Source: Alphaproteobacteria bacterium (GTDB taxonomy: Bacteria; Pseudomonadota; Alphaproteobacteria; UBA9219; RGZA01). Taken from it: DNA of 64,000 nt. Location of the stretch: the NCBI GenBank assembly GCA_021732145.1, contig JAKFVN010000006.1:2474-66473 (forward strand), given 5' to 3'. The position numbers and the translations under genes are program-made. Positions 10,360 to 21,381 of the stretch are shown one piece after another. Within the stretch, counting starts at the first letter, position 1. The number at the start of each line of letters is the position of its first letter. The notes beneath the pieces were generated by a model. It was not told where the DNA came from. It ran no database searches and was given only the letters and a program-made list of their open reading frames with translations.

Positions 10360-10958
10360 ATGACCAACCCGTTAAAAAAACATCCGACATCCATCTGGTT
10401 GACGATGCGGATATGGCGCTGTTTACCGGCAAAAACTGGGCGCAATACGAGCCCACATGGCGCGCGCTGAAATATGCAGAGCGCCCGAAAAACCTGTTCG
10501 ACTTTAAAAATATCAACTGGCTGGCCTTGGCGCTCGCGCCCGTGTGGTTTTTGTACCGCAAAATGTATTGGTCGATGCTGGCCTATTTCGTCATCGTCTA
10601 TTTCATTGACCTTGGCCTTGAAATGATAGGCATTAAAAACATTCCCGGCGTTGTCTATGCTGTTGCCGTGCAACAAGTCAGCCGCATGATTTACCTGCAA
10701 ATTAACGCCAAGCGCATTCTTGAAATCCGCAAACTTGGCGAAACCGAAGAAGTCGCCACCAAAAAACTGGCGGAGGCTGGCGGCGTTTCCAGCACTGCCG
10801 CTTATATCGGCACGGCCGTCATTGCGGGTTACCTTGGCTATGCGATTTACGACACGGCCATCAACCGCAAAGAAATTATCACGGGTACACCATACCATAT
10901 GGAAGCGCCGGTTGATGGTTCCATCACCACTGACGGCACCAACACCGAACAAAAATAA
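10356..10958 (+). CDS. DUF2628-like membrane protein
   Basis: NW.AL.L..VWFLYRKMY motif and L...GGVS segment typical of DUF2628. Confidence 0.7.
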   Translation: MNDQPVKKTSDIHLVDDADMALFTGKNWAQYEPTWRALKYAERPKNLFDFKNINWLALALAPVWFLYRKMYWSMLAYFVIVYFIDLGLEMIGIKNIPGVVYAVAVQQVSRMIYLQINAKRILEIRKLGETEEVATKKLAEAGGVSSTAAYIGTAVIAGYLGYAIYDTAINRKEIITGTPYHMEAPVDGSITTDGTNTEQK

Positions 10959-12362
10959 CTAGCGTTCGGATGCCAATCGGCTTTGCATTTTGCGCAAATT
11001 AAATGGCCGCATCGGCGTGACGTCTTGGCCAAAAACGCGCGCTTCCGTATAGGCCCAGCGTTCATTTAATGCAATTCCTGCAAGGATTTTTGCAAAGCGA
11101 ATGGAAAACGCATTGCCATGCCCCGCCAGCCCAAACACGCCAATGATGGGCGCACGCGGAATATGCCGCGATGTTTGCCCTGTCGTTAATTCAGGCATCG
11201 GGGTAAGTTGTTTGGAAGCCGGGCTTGCCATCACGAATTGTGGAATTTCATTTTCGGTGTAATGCAATTCACGCGCCCATGATGTGGTGATGGCAATCGA
11301 CTGATCATCCAGATACGGTTCCAACATCGGGAAGATGCGCAATAATTCATTCAGCACATCTTTGCCGATTTCATCGGTTTCGTTTTTGCCTGCCCTGCCG
11401 CCTGCGCCGAATAGCAAACGATGCTTGCCATCTTCCATTTCTTCAAACCGCCAATAGGGCGGGCTATAGGTGGCACTGCCCTGCACGGGCACATCCGGCC
11501 CCGTGCCATTTGCTATTAGTTTAAATAGGTTATCAGGCAAAGCTGATGTAGCCAGCATGGCGGTTACAACGGGCTGGGGCTTTACCAATCCCTGCACCCA
11601 ATGCAGCAGATTATAGGTTCCGCCGCCTGCCAGAATAACGCGCTTGGCGTTTAACTGATAGCCATCCTTGGTTGTCACATTGACGCTGGATTTTGTGCCC
11701 GCTTCCATCGTTTCTACTTCTGTATTCTCAAACACATCCACCGATTTGCCATGGAGATGTTTCAGCAGGCTAAGAATGGTCGTCGCGGGATTATAGATGC
11801 CCCCGTTTTTTGAAAAATAACCTTTGGGATATTCCGCGCTGCCGGTTTGGTGTCGCTCAAGAATGGATTCCGTTTTGATTTTATAAATATGCGGGAAAAG
11901 CTTTGCCATGAAAGCGCGCATCTTGCGGTAATCCGCCCATTCCTGCGCACGGCTGAATACTGTTATATAGCCAACGCTTTTAAATGCGGTTTTAATGCCG
12001 TGGTCACGCTCCAGATGGCGCAGATCATTCACGGCCGTAAGGCTGGTTTGCGCAATCTTTTGAGCAATCGCTTCGCCATTCGTTGCATGGTAACGCTTCG
12101 CCAATTTAATGGGCGAACCCTCCATCAAATCCAGAACAATGCCGCCGTTGTTCCCTGCTGCTTCACTGCCAATCGCACCCTTATCCATCACGCATACTTT
12201 TTTGCCGCGCTTGGTCAGGATGAACGCAGCCAAGAGCCCCATAATGCCCGCGCCAATAATCGCGACATCATAGCTTTCCTTGCCGTCTTCGGTCATTTTG
12301 CGCGCGGCACCGCGCTTATGTTCCCAATAAACCGACGGCGCTGTGAAGTCTTCCGATGCCAT
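10959..12362 (-). CDS. FAD-dependent oxidoreductase (PuuB/OrdL-like, divergent)
   Basis: S.YW N-terminus, DVAIIGAGIMGL, IGSEAAGNNGG, G.AGHG near C-terminus. Confidence 0.8.
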   Translation of the reverse strand: MASEDFTAPSVYWEHKRGAARKMTEDGKESYDVAIIGAGIMGLLAAFILTKRGKKVCVMDKGAIGSEAAGNNGGIVLDLMEGSPIKLAKRYHATNGEAIAQKIAQTSLTAVNDLRHLERDHGIKTAFKSVGYITVFSRAQEWADYRKMRAFMAKLFPHIYKIKTESILERHQTGSAEYPKGYFSKNGGIYNPATTILSLLKHLHGKSVDVFENTEVETMEAGTKSSVNVTTKDGYQLNAKRVILAGGGTYNLLHWVQGLVKPQPVVTAMLATSALPDNLFKLIANGTGPDVPVQGSATYSPPYWRFEEMEDGKHRLLFGAGGRAGKNETDEIGKDVLNELLRIFPMLEPYLDDQSIAITTSWARELHYTENEIPQFVMASPASKQLTPMPELTTGQTSRHIPRAPIIGVFGLAGHGNAFSIRFAKILAGIALNERWAYTEARVFGQDVTPMRPFNLRKMQSRLASER

Positions 12363-12463
12363 AAAAATCGCTATTTTTAAAACTGGTCACTGTTATAAAG
12401 TGATGCTAGAAGAATTTCATTTCTGCCTAAAGTCAATCACTGAGCGCATATGATTATCGCCCT

Positions 12464-13102
12464 ATGCTTATAGCCATCGACGGCCCATCTGCCAGCGGCA
12501 AGGGCACCATTGCCCGTAAGCTCGCTGACCATTTCAAGCTCCCCTATCTTGATACGGGGCTGCTGTACCGCTGGGTGGCATTAAACCTTAAACAGCAGAA
12601 TAAGGCAGCCGATGATGTAGCCAGTGCGACGAAAGCTGCCATTCACCTGCGTCAGCACATTAAGACCATTTCATTTGATGACCCAGACCTGCGCAGCCAT
12701 GCGATTTCACAGCCCAGCAGCCAGGTTGCGGCCATGCCGGAAGTGCGCCGTGAACTGGTTGAATTACAGCAATCCTTTGCGGGTCAGGCCGGCGGGGCCG
12801 TGCTGGATGGCCGTGATATCGGCACGGTTATCGCCCCCCATGCCAAAATTAAGCTGTTTATTACCGCTTCTGCCGAAAAACGGGCCGAGCGGCGATTTAA
12901 AGAGTTGCAAAACAAGGGTGAAACCACTACATATGATGCCGTTCTAACGGATTTACAGGCGCGTGATGCAAGGGATGAAACCCGAACAACGGCGCCTTCC
13001 AAGATTGCGGCGGATGCCGTGAAACTGGATACCAGCGATTTGAATGTGGATGAAGCCTTCCAAGCCGCCCTGAAAATCGTGAACTCCCAAAGAAATACGT
13101 AG
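12464..13102 (+). CDS. cmk: cytidylate kinase
   Basis: IAIDGPSASGKGT, LDTGLLYR, VLDGRDIGTV; upstream of rpsA. Confidence 0.97.
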   Translation: MLIAIDGPSASGKGTIARKLADHFKLPYLDTGLLYRWVALNLKQQNKAADDVASATKAAIHLRQHIKTISFDDPDLRSHAISQPSSQVAAMPEVRRELVELQQSFAGQAGGAVLDGRDIGTVIAPHAKIKLFITASAEKRAERRFKELQNKGETTTYDAVLTDLQARDARDETRTTAPSKIAADAVKLDTSDLNVDEAFQAALKIVNSQRNT

Positions 13103-13144
13103 GGCGGGTTGTGCCGACAGGCACAGACGCATCACGTAAATAAT
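13099..13144 (+). repeat. GYAG-headed REP-like hairpin, copy 1 (overlaps cmk stop)
   Basis: GTAGGGCGGGTTGTGCC-GACA-GGCACAGACGCATCACGTAAA; aligns with 15150-15194 and the reverse complement of the 54817-54978 units. Confidence 0.75.
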
Positions 13145-13279
13145 AAGTTCAACATGTGTTGAACGATGATGATGTGTTTCACTACACCCGTGCGGACGGG
13201 TTAGATGACAAAAAACACTTCGTCATTTTAAAACCAAACCCCTCCGCCGAAAGCCAACGGCTTTCAAGAAAGAAACCCA

Positions 13280-15145
<1,866 letters not shown>

Positions 15146-15149
15146 GAAC

Positions 15150-15194
15150 GCAGCCGCGGTTGCGCCGTAAGGCGCAGAGCAGTCGCGTAAATAT
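15150..15194 (+). repeat. GYAG-headed REP-like hairpin, copy 2
   Basis: GCAGCCGCGGTTGCGCC-GTAA-GGCGCAGAGCAGTCGCGTAAA between the rpsA stop and its terminator. Confidence 0.75.
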
Positions 15195-15195
15195 C

Positions 15196-15229
15196 AAACA
15201 CCCGCCCTTAAAAAGGCGGGTGTTTTTTT
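15196..15229 (+). terminator. intrinsic terminator of rpsA (probably bidirectional)
   Basis: AAACACCCGCC-loop-GGCGGGTGTTT followed by a T run. Confidence 0.88.
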
Positions 15230-16688
15230 ATCGCAGCGATGGCGGGAATGTAATGTCGTGGAAAATGGTTTCCAGTGTTGGGCGCTGCGCCAGCTTCTCG
15301 CGGTATTGGCGCAAGAACGCATTACCGTTGCTGTTCAGCTCTGCATAAGCTTCGCCGGTCATGACCTGAACCACGTCATAGCCTTTATGACCCAGTTGGA
15401 ACGGCTTGCAGATTTTAACAAGGCCGATGTTGCTGCCAGCGCGCGTTGGCTGCGTTTCCAATTTCATATCCGCAGGCGTACGATCCGTCATCAATGTGCC
15501 TGCATAAACCGTTGCGCTGATTTCTTTTAAAAATGTGCAGCCCAGCGCCGCAATTGAATTCGCTGATACATAGTCCATCGCCTGAACGGCGCAATCATGC
15601 ATAAACAAAATGCCATCCACCCGTATATTATAAAGCGCAAAAGCCTCGCGATGCAGTTGGTAGGGCGAGCGCAGCTTGTTCAACATCAAATCGCCCGCAA
15701 CATGCAGCGTTTGATGGCGGTGCCGATCCACCAAATCCAGATAACTAACCAACCCGCTTGTGGTTTTCACAATGCCCGTGCGGTACACATGCGGGGTTAC
15801 ATCCAACCCATAGTCTGTTGCAAAATCAATAATCGCAGCCATGTATTTTCTGTTCAGCAATTCGCTTTGCTTGCCGCTGGCTTCCTGAATAACGCCGTTT
15901 TGTACGCTGAGCAGTCCATGAACTTCACCCTGCGCACCGCATAGCGCAATAAATTCTACCCTGCCCGACTGGAATAAGGACTGATAATCCAGATGTAATT
16001 CATTATCGCGCGGCTTGTTACGCAAACAATTCTGCAAATCCTTGCCCGCTTTATTCAGCGCAGCGAGTGATTTAATGCGCACAAAACGCAGCCCGTCTTT
16101 GGTGATGGCCGGGCGGCCGTTTAAACGCACCGTTTCATAATCAAGCCCGCGCGCCAAACCGGCCATGCGAAAGCCTTTGAAATCGGCATGGGCAAGCTTA
16201 AGCAAGCCTTCACCCTGCTGTTTGGAATGATTGAACAAATCAATGCGACCCAATTTGTCATAGCTGAACAGCCAGTGTTTTTGCTTGTCCACCGCATCCA
16301 CCAGCCAATCGATGACTAAATCAAGGCTGTATTGCTGCACTTTGAAATCACCTTCAAACCCAAGTGACTGACGCAATTCGCGCTTCACGCGGTTCATGAA
16401 GCTGGTCATTTCATAACCTGCTTGCAAAAACTCAGCAGATAACGCGCTCCAACGTTCCATCGCTTTCAAATAACGCGGTGTACGCTTTTCGTGATTTTCA
16501 ACGCGGCCCGTTTTTGCAACCACGGGCAATAATGCCTGACCCAAGCAATCAATCAGCTGTACTGCTTTTTTCTGGTCATAAGGGAAATGCTGCTCGGCGA
16601 TGTGCTGAAAATAACCTTGAAGGGCATCTTCTGCTTCAAACCAATAGGTAATACCTTGCCTATATGCACGTTGTTCGTCGGTCGCCAT
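15228..16688 (-). CDS. hypothetical protein with PcfJ-like segment
   Basis: 486-aa ORF; FVRIKSLAALNKAGKDLQNCL...IQEASGKQS resembles the PcfJ-type L..EG..M.hCV / Q.rG..N signature. Confidence 0.6.
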   Translation of the reverse strand: MATDEQRAYRQGITYWFEAEDALQGYFQHIAEQHFPYDQKKAVQLIDCLGQALLPVVAKTGRVENHEKRTPRYLKAMERWSALSAEFLQAGYEMTSFMNRVKRELRQSLGFEGDFKVQQYSLDLVIDWLVDAVDKQKHWLFSYDKLGRIDLFNHSKQQGEGLLKLAHADFKGFRMAGLARGLDYETVRLNGRPAITKDGLRFVRIKSLAALNKAGKDLQNCLRNKPRDNELHLDYQSLFQSGRVEFIALCGAQGEVHGLLSVQNGVIQEASGKQSELLNRKYMAAIIDFATDYGLDVTPHVYRTGIVKTTSGLVSYLDLVDRHRHQTLHVAGDLMLNKLRSPYQLHREAFALYNIRVDGILFMHDCAVQAMDYVSANSIAALGCTFLKEISATVYAGTLMTDRTPADMKLETQPTRAGSNIGLVKICKPFQLGHKGYDVVQVMTGEAYAELNSNGNAFLRQYREKLAQRPTLETIFHDITFPPSLR

Positions 16689-16860
16689 TCATAAAGCCAT
16701 AAAATATTACAGTGAAATATAGTGTAAAATATGCGCCTATTGATATGGGAAAAACCACCCCGATTTACAGGTTAATTTTACTTTCAAAGCCAAATTGCCC
16801 TGATTGCATGGCTATAGTTTCAGCCTTATTTGGTATAACATCGCAACATCTTGAAAAGAT

Positions 16861-17457
16861 ATGGATATGAGCCAGTTAAACCTCATCACCTTTACGCCGC
16901 ACGAATTTAAGACGGTTGCCCATGAACTGGGCGAACGGGTTGCGCCCTACTTCGCGCCGCCGAACCGCATTAATGTTATCCGCACCGATTTAATCGGCAT
17001 CAGCGGCAGTGGCAAATCAACGTTTCAACTTTCCATGGCGCGTCCCATGATGTTCGGCAATATGGTTACAGCTCCAACGAATTATAACGACGAGCTCGCC
17101 TACTCCTTTGAAGCACAAACCGCCGCAGGCGTAGTGCGCCAGGCCATTTTTGTGGATAGCCGTGGCCTCGATTACATTGTGCAAAAGCGCGACATTCCGG
17201 AACGCACCGCGCCCGGCCCATTATTCGTGCAGCATCCCGCATGCGATAAACATCTAACGCCTGAAAATGCGGCGAAGATTGATACCGCAACGCAGGTTAC
17301 CGTCAGCCTGATACGCTATGCCGATAACGAACACAGCATCACCATGAATGTTGATATTCCGAATTTCCCGATGGATCGTTTGGTGGGCCGATTAATTCAA
17401 AAGAACATCATCACGCCGCCGCGCCGCAAACTGAACCACGTTGTAGCTTCGCGTTAG
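16861..17457 (+). CDS. hypothetical protein with P-loop-like motif
   Basis: LIGISGSGKST (Walker A-like) and IFVDSRG (DxxG-like). Confidence 0.6.
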   Translation: MDMSQLNLITFTPHEFKTVAHELGERVAPYFAPPNRINVIRTDLIGISGSGKSTFQLSMARPMMFGNMVTAPTNYNDELAYSFEAQTAAGVVRQAIFVDSRGLDYIVQKRDIPERTAPGPLFVQHPACDKHLTPENAAKIDTATQVTVSLIRYADNEHSITMNVDIPNFPMDRLVGRLIQKNIITPPRRKLNHVVASR

Positions 17458-17459
17458 AA

Positions 17460-17990
17460 CTACTTATTCTTCGCGTCTTCAATGCCTTTGGTGATGAGCG
17501 CCTTGGCTTCTTCCGGGCCAACCCATTGCACAATCTTCACCCATTTGCCTTTTTCAAGGTCTTTATAATGCTGGAAGAAATGCGCGATTTGCTCGCATAA
17601 ACTCTGCGGCAAATCCTTATAGGACTGCACTTTTGAATAGAACGGGTGCAGCTTATCAACTGGCACCATCAAAATCTTTTCATCGCCGCCGGATTCATCT
17701 TCCATCAGCAATGCGCCAATGGGGCGCGAACGAATTACAGCGCCTGGCACAACCGGCATCTGGCACACAACCAGCGCGTCTACGGGGTCGCCATCGGCTG
17801 AAAGCGTGTGGGGAATAAATCCGTAATTACTTGGGTACACCATCGATGTATGCAAAAAACGGTCAACGAATATCGCGCCGCTCTCTTTATCAAATTCATA
17901 CTTAATTGGATTGCCGCCTTGGGGAATTTCAATAATCACATTCACTTCATCCGGTGGATTTTTTCCAATCGGAATTTTCTTAATTTCCAT
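17460..17990 (-). CDS. ppa: inorganic pyrophosphatase
   Basis: IKYEFDK, YPSNYGFIPHTLSADGDPVD, HFFQHYKDLE. Confidence 0.98.
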   Translation of the reverse strand: MEIKKIPIGKNPPDEVNVIIEIPQGGNPIKYEFDKESGAIFVDRFLHTSMVYPSNYGFIPHTLSADGDPVDALVVCQMPVVPGAVIRSRPIGALLMEDESGGDEKILMVPVDKLHPFYSKVQSYKDLPQSLCEQIAHFFQHYKDLEKGKWVKIVQWVGPEEAKALITKGIEDAKNK

Positions 17991-18101
17991 AACGAATACG
18001 TCCTACTTTTTAAAAATACCAAACTCGCGGGATGATGTAGGCCTCACGCCATTTAACGTCAAGTTTCATCTTGGTTTTTCAGACTCTTCAACTTTAAGGT
18101 G

Positions 18102-18117
18102 TGTTTCACGTGAAACA
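18102..18117. promoter_or_regulatory. parS centromere-like site (ParB binding)
   Basis: TGTTTCACGTGAAACA, a perfect match to the canonical 16-bp parS palindrome, intergenic. Confidence 0.88.
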
Positions 18118-18255
18118 TTTCATGCAAATAGCTGATATATAAGACTAATTTTTAGCGGCCTTTTTGCTTTACACCCTGCCCTCCAACCCTCTATAAACAC
18201 GGCCATCCTTGCTCATGGCGGTGGTCGCTGTGGGCTATGGTTTGGCGGGATTTTT

Positions 18256-18377
18256 CAATCTCGCTGTAACTAAGGATTTTTAGTGTTCTTCGAGAACCGG
18301 AGCGCAGCGTACGTTTAAGTACGTGAGCACCGGAAGCGGAGAAAACGCTAAAAAGCCAACGTTACAGTTAGAGATTG
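18256..18377. repeat. RPE1-like long palindromic element in the rpsF leader
   Basis: Core GCAGCGTAC-GTTTAA-GTACGTGAG inside nested arms CCGG/CCGG, TTTTTAGTGTT/AACGCTAAAAA, CTGTAAC/GTTACAG, CAATCTC/GAGATTG. Confidence 0.72.
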
Positions 18378-18412
18378 CCCGCACTGACCTGAGCATCCAT
18401 AGGGAATATAAA

Positions 18413-18862
18413 ATGCCTCTATATGAAACCGTGTTTATTGCACGGCAGGATTTAACGCCTGCACAAGTCGAAACGCTTACGGGCGAAATCGAAACTACAC
18501 TGAAAGCCCAAGGCGGCAAAGTGACCAAGACCGAACAATGGGGTCTTCGCACACTTGCTTACCGCATCAACAAAAACAAAAAAGGCCATTACACGCTCAT
18601 CAATATTGATGCGCCTGCGGCGGCTATCACCGAAATGGAACGCACCATGCGTATTCATGACGACGTAATGCGTTACATGACCATCCGTGTTGATGAGCAT
18701 GAAGAAGGCCCATCGGCTATTCTTCGCCGCGCGAATGATGATGAACGCCCATCCGGTGGCTTTGGCGATCGTCCAAGCCGCGGTGGTGATCGTGGTGACA
18801 GAGGTGGTGACCGAGGCTTTCGTCCTCGCGCGCCACGTAGCGAAGAAGGAGACGCAGCATGA
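18413..18862 (+). CDS. rpsF: 30S ribosomal protein S6
   Basis: [13 protein letters not shown]...[16 protein letters not shown]; start corrected to ATG 18413. Confidence 0.97.
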   Translation: MPLYETVFIARQDLTPAQVETLTGEIETTLKAQGGKVTKTEQWGLRTLAYRINKNKKGHYTLINIDAPAAAITEMERTMRIHDDVMRYMTIRVDEHEEGPSAILRRANDDERPSGGFGDRPSRGGDRGDRGGDRGFRPRAPRSEEGDAA

Positions 18863-19185
18863 GACGCGAACGTGAACATACCCGCGGAGCATCCGCAAAT
18901 GCAGAAGAAGGCGCGAGCAGCGCAACCGGCGGTGCTGGTGGCGGTGGTCGTCGTCCATTCTTCCGTCGTCGCAAGACTTGCCCGTTCAACAGCATCCACG
19001 CTCCAAAGCTGGACTGGAAGGACGTGAAGTTGCTAGGCCGCTACATTTCCGAACGCGGAAAAATTGTGCCAAGCCGCATTTCTGCCGTATCCACGCATCA
19101 CCAACGTGATCTCGCAACCGCGATTAAGCGCGCGCGTTTCATGGCGTTGTTGCCTTACGCTCGTGAATCAGGAGACTTCTCATGA
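18859..19185 (+). CDS. rpsR: 30S ribosomal protein S18
   Basis: [38 protein letters not shown]. Confidence 0.97.
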   Translation: MRREREHTRGASANAEEGASSATGGAGGGGRRPFFRRRKTCPFNSIHAPKLDWKDVKLLGRYISERGKIVPSRISAVSTHHQRDLATAIKRARFMALLPYARESGDFS

Positions 19186-19799
19186 TTGAAGTAATTCTAC
19201 TCGAAAAAGTTGGCCGCATCGGCCAAATCGGAACCGTGGTGAAGGTTAAGCCCGGTTATGCACGTAACTTCCTTCTGCCAAAGAAGAAGGCTCTGCGCGC
19301 GACCAAGGAAAACCTCGCTTACTTTGAAGCTAAGCGTTCGGAAATCGAAGCAGCAAACGCCGCAGCGCGTGCATCTGCCGAAAAATCCGGCAAGAGCCTC
19401 GATGGTAAGAAGTTCACTACCATCCGCCAAGCATCAGAAGTGGGTCAATTGTTCGGTTCTGTTACCGTTCGCGACATTGCTGAGCTTATCAAAGCTGGTG
19501 GTTTCACGGTTGAACGCCAATACGTTATGTTGGCTGCGCCAATTAAGACCATTGGTGTGTTCCAAATCCCAGTGAAGCTGCATGCGGACGTGAGCGTGAC
19601 CATCTCGCTCAACATCGCACGCACCGAAGACGAAGCAAAGATCCAGGAAAAAACTGGTAAGGCTGCTAAGTCACGCGAAGGCGCGGCTGAAGACAAGAAG
19701 GCAGAAGCAGAAATTAATGCTGAAAGCTTCTTTGAAAAGCCACCTGAAGAACTGGTTGCGCAAGCCACCGAAGCAGAAGCTCCAAAAGCTGAAGGCTAA
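19182..19799 (+). CDS. rplI: 50S ribosomal protein L9
   Basis: VILLE...[24 protein letters not shown]. Confidence 0.97.
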   Translation: MIEVILLEKVGRIGQIGTVVKVKPGYARNFLLPKKKALRATKENLAYFEAKRSEIEAANAAARASAEKSGKSLDGKKFTTIRQASEVGQLFGSVTVRDIAELIKAGGFTVERQYVMLAAPIKTIGVFQIPVKLHADVSVTISLNIARTEDEAKIQEKTGKAAKSREGAAEDKKAEAEINAESFFEKPPEELVAQATEAEAPKAEG

Positions 19800-19854
19800 C
19801 ATCCATGAACCGCCCTTCCACTGCGGCACAAGGTTTTGAAACACCTGTTAAGGG

Positions 19855-19885
19855 GGAAATAAATCCCAGAAATGGATTTATTTCC
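19855..19885. terminator. hairpin downstream of rplI, putative terminator
   Basis: GGAAATAAATCC-7nt-GGATTTATTTCC perfect 12-bp stem; weak U-tract. Confidence 0.55.
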
Positions 19886-19941
19886 TTCGGTGGCATTAGC
19901 CACCGCTGTGCCACTTGGCACAGATTTGCTCGGTCATCCTT

Positions 19942-20247
19942 ATGACCGAGCAAATGGCATTAAGTGATTTCGAGCTTGTCCGCAATGCGAAGGGCGAATG
20001 GCTTTTAATTGTTACATCAGCCCCTGCTCCATTCCTTGATAATCCCCTGCAAACATTGACCGCGCAGATTGATGGCGCTGGCATTATTGTCCAAAGCGCA
20101 GTCGCTAAGATGCAGTTGCAGAACATCCTTTCTTCCCAATACATCGCTGCCTTGCAAACAGATAAGCCCTCAGCGCTTTTCTTTAGCGTGGTGGATGATG
20201 ACGGCATCAAACAATTCAGCGCATCAGTCCCCGTTATTTGGGACTAG
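19942..20247 (+). CDS. hypothetical protein
   Basis: ~100-aa ORF; start ATG 19942 or 19954; no recognised motif. Confidence 0.55.
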   Translation: MTEQMALSDFELVRNAKGEWLLIVTSAPAPFLDNPLQTLTAQIDGAGIIVQSAVAKMQLQNILSSQYIAALQTDKPSALFFSVVDDDGIKQFSASVPVIWD

Positions 20248-20261
20248 ACGAGTTCGCATCC

Positions 20262-20450
20262 ATGAACCTGAAAACCACCCGCACCATTGCCAGTTATTTG
20301 CACATCTTCGTTGCGGTGTTTCAGCTTTCGTACATTTACACGCCATTGCATAATGTGCCGCACATACTTAGCGTAGTGCAGTGGGTTTCAACCCCTGCTC
20401 TGCTCATCACCGGATTTTGGCTGAGCTCGGGTAAGAAGTTTTACAAGTAA
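20262..20450 (+). CDS. small membrane protein
   Basis: 62 aa with two hydrophobic helices ending ITGFWL..GKK. Confidence 0.6.
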   Translation: MNLKTTRTIASYLHIFVAVFQLSYIYTPLHNVPHILSVVQWVSTPALLITGFWLSSGKKFYK

Positions 20451-20484
20451 GCAGTTTTATAAGTATTTTTTATAGGAACTTAGT

Positions 20485-21027
20485 ATGGCTATTTCAGTCC
20501 GCAAGCTCGCGCTTGCAACAGCAGCAGCACTTGCATTGTTTGCAATGTCATCCACAGAAGTCGCTGCACAAGCGACAGTGGCGCCCACGCAAATTAATAC
20601 AGTTCCGAATACTCTGCCACCTGTAGACCCAGCAACAAAGGCAGCAACGATTGCAAAGTTAAAAAGAGTGGTAACAGTTGCTGGTGACACCAAAGGACAA
20701 GAACTACCAGAAGCTTGCAACATTCGGATAATCGCTTTTTCTCAAGCACTTCTCAAATACAGCAGAGATCCTGTACTTCAGCACGTTCTTATTAACGTAA
20801 GCGAAGATACACTTATGAATTATGCTCATTTTGTTAATTGCACAGATAAGACTGACGCTAAAATTAGAGTTGTAAACTCTGCGGACGAAGATCGTTTGCG
20901 CACATTGATGGTTGCGAATGGCGTCATTCCAAATACAGAGACGGCATATGGTCCTGCATACGGGCCACAACGACGCACTCCGCAAACTAAAGGTAGTCCT
21001 GCATTGAAAGATGCGCCAAAAAAATAG
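20485..21027 (+). CDS. hypothetical exported protein, paralog A
   Basis: Signal-peptide-like N-terminus (..EVAAQ); strong similarity to 21382-21933. Confidence 0.8.
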   Translation: MAISVRKLALATAAALALFAMSSTEVAAQATVAPTQINTVPNTLPPVDPATKAATIAKLKRVVTVAGDTKGQELPEACNIRIIAFSQALLKYSRDPVLQHVLINVSEDTLMNYAHFVNCTDKTDAKIRVVNSADEDRLRTLMVANGVIPNTETAYGPAYGPQRRTPQTKGSPALKDAPKK

Positions 21028-21381
21028 CGCGCGTTTTTTCAAATAAATTTTCCATAACTATTTTTTTATAAAAAAAGTTTTCTGCACAAATTTTTTGCGG
21101 AAATATTTTGCATAAATATTTTGCTGGGTGATTTGCATTTTTCATGTGTAATTTTTTACTGGCCAAGTAATTCTGGACTCATTCAGTAGTAATTACTGTT
21201 GTCATGCCTTAAATGTAGCCAATTTGGTCATATATACTGGCTTGAAACTAATGAGTAATGAAAACAGTAAAGAATCCAATGACTTGGATATTTACTTTTC
21301 TATGGCAGTAATCAAGTCAAATAGTTACTATTTACAGGCCTAAATAAAGACAAAAACGCCTTTTGTGGCTGGGAGTCTATT

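Noticed and set aside
9891-10952. 353-aa antisense ORF (and similar shadow ORFs such as 60067-60843 and 6871-7434)
   Set aside because: Opposite well-supported genes, no recognisable motifs; explained by codon bias
18323-18412. N-terminal extension of S6 from the ORF track
   Set aside because: Runs through the palindromic element; canonical MPLYE start with AGGGA RBS at 18413
21028-21381. Replication origin in the AT-rich intergenic stretch near parS
   Set aside because: No clear TTATCCACA DnaA-box cluster seen here or at 23547-23821 or 25154-25470
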